Shown one piece after another: positions 8,921-17,686 of a stretch of 27,146 nucleotides of DNA. The notes under the pieces are model-generated. The model had not been told where the DNA came from. It saw only the letters and a program-made list of their open reading frames with translations, and did no database searches. Positions within the stretch are counted from its first letter, which is position 1; the number at the start of each line of letters is the position of its first letter. The DNA is from a virus (Duplodnaviria; Caudoviricetes). The stretch is taken from positions 1 to 27,146 of IMG/VR virus record IMGVR_UViG_3300033405_000064. One strand, 5' to 3'. Both the position numbers and the translations under genes were made by a program.

Positions 8921-9179
8921 GGATGCGCCTTACAACCACATCGTAGTGCAGCACTAAGCCGTCCACGCCCACAAGCGTTACTATCCTGTTAAGATAGGTG
9001 CTCCCAAGATTGTCGTGGATTATGCGCGTGACATATCGCAGTCGCTCAAGAGTGCCTGACAAGCGCGGAACGGTTATGACGAGCCGGCCCGTGCGCGTTC
9101 GCGCTGACCATGCACGCCCGTTGTTTACGATCGGAAGCTCAGTAGAACGCTGGTAAAGTGGCAAGTTGTTGGCTGACAT
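8913..9179 (-). CDS. Hypothetical protein, possibly leaderless
   Basis: ORF coupled to 8684..8920; ATG 9179 preferred because the upstream extension crosses promoter-like DNA; start uncertain. Confidence 0.5.
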   Translation of the reverse strand: MSANNLPLYQRSTELPIVNNGRAWSARTRTGRLVITVPRLSGTLERLRYVTRIIHDNLGSTYLNRIVTLVGVDGLVLHYDVVVRRIHA

Positions 9180-9186
9180 GCCAGGG

Positions 9187-9229
9187 ACGCTACGGGAGCA
9201 CGCGGACATGCTGACGGTCAGTCTGTCCG
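9187..9229 (-). promoter_or_regulatory. Candidate activator-dependent late promoter
   Basis: -10-like TAGCGT (9192-9187), no consensus -35, and a 27-bp dyad CGGACA-TG-CTGAC-G-GTCAG-TC-TGTCCG at 9203-9229. Confidence 0.45.
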
Positions 9230-9277
9230 ACTTTTCACCCAGGTCAAAAAAAATTCGTACGAATGTGTAAAAAAAGC

Positions 9278-9306
9278 TGGACATCTATTCGCAGTAAGAA
9301 TAGAAG
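9278..9306 (+). promoter_or_regulatory. Candidate promoter with overlapping palindromic operator for the HTH gene
   Basis: TGGACA-N17-TAGAAG, A-tracts upstream, inverted repeat TCTATTC-N7-GAATAGA at 9284-9304. Confidence 0.4.
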
Positions 9307-9345
9307 GAAGGCGAGACCAAACGAACGAACCAGTCGGGATAATCA

Positions 9346-9525
9346 ATGCCTAGCCTCACAACCCGCGAAGCTGCCGAAATCCTGGGCGTGTCCCCGAGGC
9401 GCGTCCAGGCGCTGATTAAAGCCGAGCGGCTGCCAGCAGTGAAGTTCGGCCACGTCTGGGTGATCGACGAGCGCGACTTAGAGCTCGTCAAGCGACGAAC
9501 GCCAGGCAACCCCAACTGGAAATGA
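9346..9525 (+). CDS. Excisionase-like (HTH_17/MerR-type) DNA-binding protein, 59 aa
   Basis: Not in ORF track: MPSLTTREAAEILGVSPRRVQALIKAERLPAVKFGHVWVIDERDLELVKRRTPGNPNWK. Confidence 0.88.
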   Translation: MPSLTTREAAEILGVSPRRVQALIKAERLPAVKFGHVWVIDERDLELVKRRTPGNPNWK

Positions 9526-9527
9526 AA

Positions 9528-9558
9528 GGGCCCCCTACACGGGGGCCTTTTCTTTTTT
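9528..9558 (+). terminator. Rho-independent terminator, possibly bidirectional
   Basis: GGCCCCC-TACAC-GGGGGCC followed by TTTTCTTTTTT, between convergent genes. Confidence 0.8.
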
Positions 9559-9786
9559 CAATCGCTTCCAGAGGTCGTACATGCGCCTAGCGTGCCTCCT
9601 GCTGCACCCGGTCAGGGCCGAGACATCATCCGTCGTCCGGCCCTGGGAAAACGCGGCATAGGCCAAGCTGGTGCGTAGGACGCGCTCAACTTCACGCACC
9701 GCCGGTACCTGTGACGCTTCTCCGGCCCTGGCGAGCTCCAGGGCGAGGTCAGGCCCGAAGGTTTCGATGAGCTCGGAAGCGTTCAT
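9535..9786 (-). CDS. Mor/C-like transcription activator (putative late-gene activator)
   Basis: LIETFGPDLALELAR N-terminal helices and C-terminal HTH GRTTDDVSALTGCSRRHARRM; last gene of the replication operon before the packaging genes. Confidence 0.6.
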   Translation of the reverse strand: MNASELIETFGPDLALELARAGEASQVPAVREVERVLRTSLAYAAFSQGRTTDDVSALTGCSRRHARRMYDLWKRLKKEKAPV

Positions 9787-9995
9787 TTGCCACGCTTCCC
9801 GATCGCCATCCCAAGCTTGATCGCGGTCGCCACGGCGATAAACAGCCAGGCCACGGGGCCACCTGGGATGTCCACAAAAAGCGTCCGCTTCCAGCAGGGG
9901 ATAGCCTGCACCTCCGGCAGCGTGTGGCTACAGACGAAGCTGATCCACATGACGGCTCCCAGCACTACCCACGCCCAAAACACATAGCCCATCAC
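9783..9995 (-). CDS. Small membrane protein
   Basis: Two hydrophobic segments; 4-nt overlaps on both sides; GGAGG RBS. Confidence 0.7.
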   Translation of the reverse strand: MMGYVFWAWVVLGAVMWISFVCSHTLPEVQAIPCWKRTLFVDIPGGPVAWLFIAVATAIKLGMAIGKRGK

Positions 9996-10222
9996 GCTTG
10001 CCTCCTAAGTGCCCACCGAACGCAGCGCAAAACGCTGTCTCGTCGGGATTTTGATGGCATGGCAGCTATGGGGATTTCTGTCTCTACGCCATCGTACGAT
10101 ATTTTTAGCCTGGGCATCCGCCCCATGCCGGCTCTCGACTTGTCCACGGCAAACGCGCCTCCCGGCATTTTGCGTTGCAGGTATTCCAGGAGGTCGCGTT
10201 CCTCTTTAGTGATCGGGGTCAT
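9992..10222 (-). CDS. Hypothetical protein
   Basis: ATGA coupling and GGAGG RBS. Confidence 0.7.
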   Translation of the reverse strand: MTPITKEERDLLEYLQRKMPGGAFAVDKSRAGMGRMPRLKISYDGVETEIPIAAMPSKSRRDSVLRCVRWALRRQA

Positions 10223-10650
10223 GCCTGCCTCCGGGCGTAGTGAGCCAGCAGAAGCGCATCGGCCCGGCCGTCCTTAGCTCCCCCTTTGGGCCCGTAGAGG
10301 CTCACCTCGGGGAATAGGCGTGCGGCTGCGACCATGGCTCCCTCCTTCCCCACGACGCCTTTCATCCACGTCTGGGGCGTAACCAGGGCATAGGGGGCCT
10401 TGAGGCCATCGAGTATGCCGTGCCACCATCCCCAGTTCGCCCCGAACGAGAACATCGAGACGACTCCTTGTCCTGGCCTGGCCCCCACGCGCTCCAGGGA
10501 GACGTGCTTGACGTCCAAGGTCATGATGTCCTCCAGCTTGTCCCGCATCTTATCCGCTCCGGCCCAGTCCCAGGCCCAGGCGCGTCCGTCCTCGACTATG
10601 AGCGCGAGAGCTCCAAGCTTGCCGGGGTCTATGCCCACCCACGCTTTCAT
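10219..10650 (-). CDS. RuvC-like Holliday junction resolvase
   Basis: Start moved to ATG 10650 (GGAGG RBS, ATGA overlap); VGIDPG, LERV, GVVSMFSFG, VTPQTW, DGRADALLLA. Confidence 0.88.
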   Translation of the reverse strand: MKAWVGIDPGKLGALALIVEDGRAWAWDWAGADKMRDKLEDIMTLDVKHVSLERVGARPGQGVVSMFSFGANWGWWHGILDGLKAPYALVTPQTWMKGVVGKEGAMVAAARLFPEVSLYGPKGGAKDGRADALLLAHYARRQA

Positions 10651-10979
10651 TCCGGGACCTCCTCGGTGTATTGTTCGGGTTTCGTTCCCTTGTATCTGAC
10701 CGGCGGTTTGTAAACCTTCGAGTTGACATCCGCCTCGTACTCCAGTCGCTTGGTCGGTGTGCCCGCCCCGCAGAAGATCACGTCCGACCGTTCCCACCAC
10801 GCCGACACCTGCTCGGCCCAGGGGCAGGCTTCCATGGCATCCCTGTCCTGCCTGCGCTTATTTACGTGCTTTGGGCCGCTCTGGTCCGAGAATGGTTTCT
10901 GGTCCCAATACGGGCGTCCCAGGCAGGCCCCAGCGACTCCAGCACAGGGCAATCCCTGGACGGCATCACAGGGTTTCAC
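10647..10979 (-). CDS. Hypothetical Cys-containing protein
   Basis: GTG-start ORF coupled to the resolvase. Confidence 0.55.
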   Translation of the reverse strand: MKPCDAVQGLPCAGVAGACLGRPYWDQKPFSDQSGPKHVNKRRQDRDAMEACPWAEQVSAWWERSDVIFCGAGTPTKRLEYEADVNSKVYKPPVRYKGTKPEQYTEEVPE

Positions 10980-11036
10980 GCGTTCACCGCACCCATCAGG
11001 TTTTCTGATAGGTATTTGACTAAAATACCGACGCTG

Positions 11037-11281
11037 TTAGATGCCGTTTTAGACGCCATATTAGACACCATTTTATATATATTATATATATATATTCTAT
11101 GTTTACAGGTAACGGCGTCTAAGTGTCGAACTCCCCCGCTCTCTCTCCCCCCCTGGGGATACATAGAGACCCGGTTAGGCGCCGTTTTCTTCGACATTGC
11201 CATTAACATGCTGATTTTATGCAACAAATGGCGTCTAACTTTTTCAAAAGGGCGTCTAAGGCGTCTAACTTTTTAGACGCC
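11037..11281. repeat. Candidate replication origin: TTAGACGCC iterons, AT-rich core and IHF-like site
   Basis: TTAGAYRCC-like copies at 11037, 11049, 11061, 11175, 11273; inverted GGCGTCTAA at 11114, 11230, 11251, 11260; (TA)n tract about 11070-11100; WATCARNNNNTTR match on minus strand at 11204-11216; directly downstream of primase. Confidence 0.8.
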
Positions 11282-11293
11282 CTTTCGTACGAA

Positions 11294-13450
11294 TTAGTCT
11301 TTACCATTATGATCCTCGATGAGTATCTCGGTGTCCTTCCCATTTGCCCCGCGCCAGGGGTAGAACATGTGCGTCTGCTTGCTCTTTGTGAGGTCGCGAA
11401 CGGCCGCGTCCAGGTCTACACGCTTGATGTCTGGGAGCTGGCGAGCAAGGTCACGCATGGTCACGCCTGGCTTGTCCGCCGTTTTCTTGCGCTCGATGAA
11501 CTTACAGATCCTTTGCTGGATCGCGTGCCAAGCGCCCTCTGAGACGTTCTTGCGCATTTGCCCGACATGGAAGGTTGTCAGGTGATTAATCAGGTCTACA
11601 GCCCAGGACACGGATGCCTCCTCTATTCTGTGGGTTAGGATGTCAGGTCCGTAGAGCGACACGGCATGGATGAGGGACACCTTCTTGGCGTGCTCCGCAC
11701 ACCTCGAGTAAAACGGGGATAGCTGATCGTTATCCCGATACTTCTCCCGGATAGCGAACCACTCCCGCTGGGCCGCTCGCATGCACTCTGAGGCTTTGGC
11801 GTCAAAGCTGATGGCGTGCGGACTGCCCTCCAGGTTCGCGCCGGGGATCGGGATCTGCTGAATCATCCGGATGTCTTCCAGGCACTTGACCAGGGACAGG
11901 TCCATCTCGTGGCGGATCGTCTCTTTCGGCTCTACCCCGGCGTGTTCGCTCTGAAACACCAGCGAGCGCGGGATGAGCCCCTCTGAGTAGTTGGTGTTGG
12001 TGACGCTGGCCCAGAACTTCGACGGCGTGGAACAACCGAGGAATGACAGGTGCGGCCTCTTGATGATTATGTTCGTCTTGGTGTCGGAGTAGGGCTTGTC
12101 GAACACGCTCCCCGCCCTGGAGTAGATTCGCATGAAGTCGCCGGACAGATTGGCCAGGTGGCTCTTTTCGTTCTGCATGGCCGCGAATAAGTGGCCAATC
12201 TCGTCCAGGAAGCAGGCCGTGACGTTGTGCGTGGCCATGTGCCGGAGCACTGCCGGCCCGGAGGTGATGTCGTCCGGACCCTTGAGCCCCTGCAATATGG
12301 GGCTGGCGTTCAAGAGCTGCGGGAGAGTATACTGCGGAGCGTTCTTGCCGGAGCCCGAGTAACCCAGGACCAGCGCGTATATGTGCGTGCGCAGCCCGGA
12401 CTGCGTGACTACGCGCTCCCCGGCCACGGCTCCCAGCAACACGAGAGCGCCGGCCAGGGCATAGACCGGGTGCGAGACGGCGGACGATTCCTCAACATAC
12501 GTCATGATCGACTGTAAGATGCCGCCCGGGTTGAGCAGGTGCGCGGGGTACTCGGCCGCCTCCTCTGACCTGGAAACATCCACCGTCACCGAGGCGTAGC
12601 GGTCTGGGTTGTTACTGGCGTCGGTGCGATAGATCGACTCGATGATCCCCTGAACCTCCGAGTCTTGCAGAGGAGGTGAGCAATATCTGGAGTTCGCCCC
12701 CTGAGCCAGTAACCCGACCTCGTCCGGCTTCAACCCGCAAGCGATCCAGCGCCCAATTAGCCGACTCATGCCGGTGTTTCGGGCGCCCGCGGGCATGAGA
12801 GTGATCTCTGGGGAAAGTCTGACCCGGGCCAGGTCCAGGTTGAGCAGGGTGCCGGAGATCGTTTTCTCGGTGGTCTCGAAGTACTTGATGATGGCCGGTG
12901 TCGCCTCGGGCAGCTTGATGTCAGGCTGAGAAGACAACTCCCACTCGTAGACTCCGCCCGAGACGTGCCGGCTTGGAGGGGCCACGACGAGCGCCCCAGG
13001 GCCAGCCTTGAAGTCTATGCCCTTCCCCAGCTCTCCAGCCCGGAGGGGTGTGTCAGAGTAGCCGTAAAAGTGCTGGCCACCACCACCGGTAAAGCACATG
13101 GGGCCTTCGCCCAGGCCGATCTCGTCTTTGATCTCGTCCCAGGAGAAATCGCCGCCGTTGCGTGGATCCACGTCCACGACAAAACGGTGCTGGTCCAGGA
13201 CGATCCCGACATTCAGGTCCGGGAAGTCTGTCCACCATTTGCGGATGATGGCCTCGTCCGTCGTGGCTGAGTACGCCCCGCGTGGGCACACGGCGTGAGG
13301 GTGCTTCCCTATGGACGCACACTCCACACGCCCACAAGAGCACTTGCCGTTTGGCATGGGCCAGTTGAGCGCAACCACGGGCCAGCCAAGGGCCGCGTAG
13401 TAGAGCGCGTATTCCAGGCATGACGGTGTAAGCACGCGTGCGGCTTCCAT
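11294..13450 (-). CDS. Bifunctional primase/polymerase with PriCT and DUF3987-type helicase domains
   Basis: ALYYAALGWPVV...CSCG...GKHP, NVGI, VVDVDPRNGG, TGGGGQH, VVAPPSRHVSG; GARNTGM (PriCT); Walker A GYSGSGKN; Walker B FLDEIG. Confidence 0.93.
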   Translation of the reverse strand: MEAARVLTPSCLEYALYYAALGWPVVALNWPMPNGKCSCGRVECASIGKHPHAVCPRGAYSATTDEAIIRKWWTDFPDLNVGIVLDQHRFVVDVDPRNGGDFSWDEIKDEIGLGEGPMCFTGGGGQHFYGYSDTPLRAGELGKGIDFKAGPGALVVAPPSRHVSGGVYEWELSSQPDIKLPEATPAIIKYFETTEKTISGTLLNLDLARVRLSPEITLMPAGARNTGMSRLIGRWIACGLKPDEVGLLAQGANSRYCSPPLQDSEVQGIIESIYRTDASNNPDRYASVTVDVSRSEEAAEYPAHLLNPGGILQSIMTYVEESSAVSHPVYALAGALVLLGAVAGERVVTQSGLRTHIYALVLGYSGSGKNAPQYTLPQLLNASPILQGLKGPDDITSGPAVLRHMATHNVTACFLDEIGHLFAAMQNEKSHLANLSGDFMRIYSRAGSVFDKPYSDTKTNIIIKRPHLSFLGCSTPSKFWASVTNTNYSEGLIPRSLVFQSEHAGVEPKETIRHEMDLSLVKCLEDIRMIQQIPIPGANLEGSPHAISFDAKASECMRAAQREWFAIREKYRDNDQLSPFYSRCAEHAKKVSLIHAVSLYGPDILTHRIEEASVSWAVDLINHLTTFHVGQMRKNVSEGAWHAIQQRICKFIERKKTADKPGVTMRDLARQLPDIKRVDLDAAVRDLTKSKQTHMFYPWRGANGKDTEILIEDHNGKD

Positions 13451-14274
13451 CAGAACGGCACGTCAGAGTCTTGGAACACGGCCCAGTCCGGGCAGGAAGA
13501 ACCCCATTCCTCAACGATGTGCGCGTGCGCCGGGTGCTGGCAGTGCGGGACGATCTTGTCCGCGTCCCACCAGAGACTGTTGCAGCTCCCGCAGGTGGTC
13601 CGGGTGTAGACTCCGGCCCGGACGTCTGGGCAGATCCGCTCGTAGTCGCACCATGTGCAGTCGGGGCCCTTGTCGGGCATGGCGTTGGCGGTGATGATGT
13701 ACCGGGCCCTGGCGTCCAGGGCCGCGAAATCGTCGGGCGAGAAATAAACGCGCTCGGTGTAAATTTCGGAGTTGTTCTTATTGACGATGACGAACAGAGC
13801 CCGCTCCAGCTTGCCGTAGCCCATGTAGCACTGGGCCTGGCAGTAGTAGGTCGGGTAGGTCTCGCGCACGCCGAACTCCTTGAACGCGGCGAAACGCTTG
13901 TCGTTGGCGGACTTGACCTCCAGGATATGCGGGCGCCGGGTGACGCCGTGGATGGTCCCATCCGAGTGGCCCTTGAAATAGCCGTTGTGCGCTTCGTAGC
14001 CGTCCTGCTGGCCGTCCACCTTGAGCCCGGCCGCGTTTAGGTGCGCGATGACCTGGCCCTCGATGAGATCGCCTAGGCCAAAGAGCATGATGAGCCGGCC
14101 GTCCAGCGGTTGCTTGGGAAAGCCCCGAAAGCTGAACCATATCCGCCGGTCGCAGGTTGCGCCTATCTCGGACATGCCCAGGTAGCGCCGGGTGTCCTTG
14201 TGGCCTTTCTCGGCAGCCGCGAACATTTCTGCCGCGATCCTGTCGTGACTTTGCAGCTTTGGGAGTTCGCTCAT
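13450..14274 (-). CDS. Cas4-like PD-(D/E)XK exonuclease
   Basis: YLGMSEIGATCDR, GHSDG, ILEVKS, QAQCYM, CTWCDYERIC (split four-Cys arrangement). Confidence 0.88.
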   Translation of the reverse strand: MSELPKLQSHDRIAAEMFAAAEKGHKDTRRYLGMSEIGATCDRRIWFSFRGFPKQPLDGRLIMLFGLGDLIEGQVIAHLNAAGLKVDGQQDGYEAHNGYFKGHSDGTIHGVTRRPHILEVKSANDKRFAAFKEFGVRETYPTYYCQAQCYMGYGKLERALFVIVNKNNSEIYTERVYFSPDDFAALDARARYIITANAMPDKGPDCTWCDYERICPDVRAGVYTRTTCGSCNSLWWDADKIVPHCQHPAHAHIVEEWGSSCPDWAVFQDSDVPF

Positions 14275-15914
14275 TGCCAGCTCGCTATTTTAAGATATTT
14301 GCCGTCTGGGACGACGGTGACGTGCGTGGGGAAATAAAATTCGTCCCTGTTCTCAGAGGCGTAGGCTATGGCCTCTTCGACGCTAGGAGTCTCAAGCTGG
14401 TCGTGGAAGTTCTCAGGTATTCTCCTGTTCCACCACTCCCAGGCCTTGCGCTGTCCGTACTCCGAGGCTTCTCCGTCGAAGTCCAGGAAGTGGTTCACAT
14501 GCAAGGGGATTATGCCGCCTGAGTCGAGTTTGATCGAGAGCTTCGCCATGCGGTTCCCGGCCCGGGAGACGTATTCCTCCATGCTCCAGCCCCGGACGGG
14601 GTAACGGCCACCCGCCGGGCCAGCGGGCTTGACGAAGTCCACGTCCACCAGGTGCTTGGGCTTGGCCTCGACCACCTCTGGCTTGGGCCAGAGATAGCCG
14701 CAGGCCGGGCACTCCATGAGGCTGATATGCACGAGCTCTTGGCACTCAGGGCACGCCTTGGTCGGGGGTGGCATGTCCTTGGGCTCGCCGGGCACGTTGA
14801 CGACCGGGTCGTTCGGGTCCCCATGCAGCATGCAGTTCCCCGACAAGTCCAAGATGAGACAGTCGGTCTTGCCCTCGTGGGGGCGCAGGCCGCGGCCGAT
14901 CATCTGGACGTACAAGGCCGGGCTCTTGGTCGGGCGGCACAGAACGATACAGTCCACGCCGGTTGAGTCCCAGCCCTCGGTGAGCACGCCCACGTTGCAA
15001 ACGACGTGCAGCCGGCCGGAGTCGAAGGCGGCCAGGTTGGCCCGGCGTGAGTCGGGGTCCATCTTGGAATGTACGCAGCCAGCGGAAAATCCAGCGGCCG
15101 TAAAGGCCTTGGCCACTGTTTCCGCGTGCAGGATGGTTGCGCAGAAGACGACGACTGCCCGCCGGTCCTGGCCATGCTCTTGGACCGCCTTGACCGCACT
15201 GGAGATATGAATCTCCTTGGTCATGACGCCTTCCAGGTCCAGGAGGTTGAAGTCGCCCCCTGAGAGCTTGACGCCCTGCAAGTCTGCGGTGATGTCCTCG
15301 GCCTGCTTCGCCCGGTACGGGACCAGAAAACCCCCCACTTGTAGGTTATGGATGGAGACCTGGCAGTGCAGTTTGGTCCACCAGTTCTCGCGCTTGGCGC
15401 GGTCCCCGTAGATGAAGCCGTGGCCCAGCCGGTAAGGCGTAGCCGTGACCCCCAGGACGCGCAGTTCCGGATAAACCTGCTCCATCTTGCGTAGGAGCAG
15501 GGCGTATTGACTTTCTACGTCCGGAGGCGGCATGCGATGGCACTCGTCCACGATCAGGAAGTGGATGGGCTCGCGCATGGACTCCAGGCGGTTGACCAGC
15601 GTTTGGGGTGAGGCAATCAGGACCGGACGGTCGAGTTCGGCCTTGGACGATACGCTTGCGCATGCGATCCCCACGGACTCCCGGCCCTCCGGCCAGACTT
15701 TGAGCAGCTTGTCGTGAGCCTGGCGCACCAGGATCTCACGGTGCGCGATGACGGCCACGCGCATATCGTAGCTCTCAATCAAGGTCTGGATGAGCCGAGA
15801 GAACAAGATCGTCTTCCCAGCACCCGTGCCCGCCTGGAGGAGCAAGTATCGCTCCTCCAGACAGGCTTTGAGCACCAGATCAAGCGCAAGGGCTTGGTAC
15901 GGGCGCAGGTTCAT
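14271..15914 (-). CDS. SF2 DEAD/DEAH helicase (RadD/YejH-like) with zinc ribbon
   Basis: LRPYQ, GTGAGKT, DECH, TATP, VLTEGWD, QMIGRGLR, CPEC...CPACG. Confidence 0.95.
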   Translation of the reverse strand: MNLRPYQALALDLVLKACLEERYLLLQAGTGAGKTILFSRLIQTLIESYDMRVAVIAHREILVRQAHDKLLKVWPEGRESVGIACASVSSKAELDRPVLIASPQTLVNRLESMREPIHFLIVDECHRMPPPDVESQYALLLRKMEQVYPELRVLGVTATPYRLGHGFIYGDRAKRENWWTKLHCQVSIHNLQVGGFLVPYRAKQAEDITADLQGVKLSGGDFNLLDLEGVMTKEIHISSAVKAVQEHGQDRRAVVVFCATILHAETVAKAFTAAGFSAGCVHSKMDPDSRRANLAAFDSGRLHVVCNVGVLTEGWDSTGVDCIVLCRPTKSPALYVQMIGRGLRPHEGKTDCLILDLSGNCMLHGDPNDPVVNVPGEPKDMPPPTKACPECQELVHISLMECPACGYLWPKPEVVEAKPKHLVDVDFVKPAGPAGGRYPVRGWSMEEYVSRAGNRMAKLSIKLDSGGIIPLHVNHFLDFDGEASEYGQRKAWEWWNRRIPENFHDQLETPSVEEAIAYASENRDEFYFPTHVTVVPDGKYLKIASWQ

Positions 15915-15922
15915 GGTTGCGC

Positions 15923-16411
15923 CTAGGCAGCCTTTTCCCAGGGCTTGCGGGCGGCCGGCTTGGCGGAAGCGGCTGGGGCAGCCGGGGCCGCGGCCCGAGA
16001 CTGTTGCGCGGCGGGGGCGACCGTGGGCGAGCCATCAGCGGCCATGTACCCCTTCACGACGTTCTTCGGGGCGTAGCCGGGGTCTTCCTTGATGGCGATC
16101 CGCACCTTGGCGTAGAGCCCGTGCAGCTCCTCGGAGTCGCGCACGAAGTTGGGGTTCGGGTGGCCCGCCACGACGCACAGGGTCTTGAAGATCTTGAGCC
16201 CGATCTCGTGGTCCAGGGTGAAGTTGTCGAATATCTTGCGGCCGGTGAACTCGCCGTCCACCACCGTCATGGTGATGTTCAGGTTCGGGCGGTTGTTCTT
16301 GGAAAACTTCGCTCCCGAGTCGGTGACCTGGCAGACATACACGCCGGCCGGCAGAGGCTCGAAAGAGGTCTGATGATCCACGCCTTCCATGTTCAAAGAG
16401 ATCTGCGCCAT
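15923..16411 (-). CDS. DUF669-family single-stranded DNA-binding protein
   Basis: FEPLPAGVY, GEFTGRKIFDNF, KNVVKGY, Ala/Pro linker, KPW tail; follows the Sak4-like gene. Confidence 0.85.
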   Translation of the reverse strand: MAQISLNMEGVDHQTSFEPLPAGVYVCQVTDSGAKFSKNNRPNLNITMTVVDGEFTGRKIFDNFTLDHEIGLKIFKTLCVVAGHPNPNFVRDSEELHGLYAKVRIAIKEDPGYAPKNVVKGYMAADGSPTVAPAAQQSRAAAPAAPAASAKPAARKPWEKAA

Positions 16412-16413
16412 GA

Positions 16414-17133
16414 TTATGCTCCCTGGGCGACGGTTTCGCCCATGATCTTGTTGTAGATGTTCCCCAGGTGGGGCTCCTCAAACGGGGCCGCGAGCTTCCC
16501 GGAACGGTCCTTCGCCGGATGGCGTTCCCATTCGTCGGTGATAAAGACGCGGTCCTCGTTCCCGTCGATGGTGACCTTGGTGTAGAAGAACACCTCGTCG
16601 AAGTACGAGATCAGGCGGTCCTTCAAGGTTGCCCCCTGCAAGGCCGGCCCGTAAAAGCGTCGGTTGAGCTCATCCTTCTCGTTTTGAGGCAGGCAGGTGA
16701 AGACGACGTTGTAGTTCTTCATGTCCCGGAAGCCCTTTATGAGCGAGGTCATGATGTCAGCGTATTCCCCCCAGAGCTTGAAGGTGTCAGCCGAGTTTGT
16801 GTGCTTGCGCTTCATGGCCTCGACGCAGCGCCCGGCGATCTCGGTCAGGGAGTCGATGAAGATCCACTTGTACCGGGACTTCATCTCCGCGTCGGTGTTG
16901 AGCAGGTTGAAAGCCTCGACAAACTCGTCGATGCTCTTGATCTCGTAGCCCTCGACGCGCCCGTCCCGGACCAGATCGGCCACGGCCAGGAGTCCGGACT
17001 CAGCCGAGAGCACGCAGGCCTTATCCGTTTCAGGAATCGTACGAATCAGAGACGTTTTCCCGATGCCGCTGTGCCCGATAACGAGGCCGCAGAAGCGGGA
17101 CACGCTCTCGTGGGTGATGGGTGTAAGTGCCAC
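16414..17133 (-). CDS. AAA_24/Sak4-like ATPase (recombinase)
   Basis: GHSGIGKT, SAESGLL, IFIDSLTE, YFDEV, AKDRSG; GTG start with GGAGG RBS. Confidence 0.9.
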   Translation of the reverse strand: MALTPITHESVSRFCGLVIGHSGIGKTSLIRTIPETDKACVLSAESGLLAVADLVRDGRVEGYEIKSIDEFVEAFNLLNTDAEMKSRYKWIFIDSLTEIAGRCVEAMKRKHTNSADTFKLWGEYADIMTSLIKGFRDMKNYNVVFTCLPQNEKDELNRRFYGPALQGATLKDRLISYFDEVFFYTKVTIDGNEDRVFITDEWERHPAKDRSGKLAAPFEEPHLGNIYNKIMGETVAQGA

Positions 17134-17135
17134 GG

Positions 17136-17573
17136 TTAGTCCTCCAGGCTGTCAAGCTTGACGGAGGGCTGGGCCGGCTTGACGATCATGGCCCGCTTTA
17201 TGATTTCGGTCTGATCGTCGGGAGCGTAGTCGAGAAACCCGTGGAGGGCTTTCGCGGAGCGGGGCTTGAACTCCCAGGCGAAGGCCTTGAGGAATACATC
17301 GTCCCCGAGCTGGATGCGGGCGGCTTCGAGGACTTCCTGGTCCCAGGAGATGTTTTCCTTGATGGTCGCCGTGATTTTGAAACCGCCGGCCAAGAGATGG
17401 CCGGTTTTGCTGCCATCCTTATAGACGGCCAGCTCTGCGAGAATCTTAGCGATCTCACGGTTACGAGAGGTGGCGGCATCGGCTACCGCTTTGTTCCGGG
17501 TGTACTCGTGAACGAGCGCCTCGGTCTTGGCCTCACGCGGGTTGATTTGGACGACACGATTCTGTACGGCCAT
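17136..17573 (-). CDS. Hypothetical protein typical of the position upstream of Sak4
   Basis: AGGAGG RBS; coiled N-terminus, ISWDQ...FAWEFKP, KPAQPSVK. Confidence 0.75.
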   Translation of the reverse strand: MAVQNRVVQINPREAKTEALVHEYTRNKAVADAATSRNREIAKILAELAVYKDGSKTGHLLAGGFKITATIKENISWDQEVLEAARIQLGDDVFLKAFAWEFKPRSAKALHGFLDYAPDDQTEIIKRAMIVKPAQPSVKLDSLED

Positions 17574-17599
17574 TTCGACCTCCTACTGGTTGGGGGTTG

Positions 17600-17686
17600 G
17601 GCGGTCTCTCGGATCATCTTGGCGGGTGGACGAGAGACCGCCATTTTATGGGACCCAGGAAACTACTTCTTGGAATCTTTTTTTTT
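17600..17686 (+). ncRNA. Candidate antisense RNA or its target hairpin with a UUGGCG loop
   Basis: 12-bp stem 17600-17611/17631-17642 capped by CATC-TTGGCG-GGTG; second hairpin 17655-17673 and T9 at 17678-17686. Confidence 0.45.

Noticed and set aside
10671-11276. ORFs 10976..11227 (-) and 10671..11276 (+) across the iteron region
   Set aside because: Translations mirror the iteron and (TA)n repeats; an origin explains the sequence better, although weak translation of 10976..11227 cannot be excluded.
9254-11293. Shared palindrome TTCGTACGAA at 9254 and 11284
   Set aside because: Only two 10-bp copies, and the CGTACG core also occurs inside coding regions; not enough for a regulatory claim.
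13450-14274. CRISPR-associated cas4
   Set aside because: No other cas genes or array; solo Cas4-like nucleases are normal in this phage replication module.
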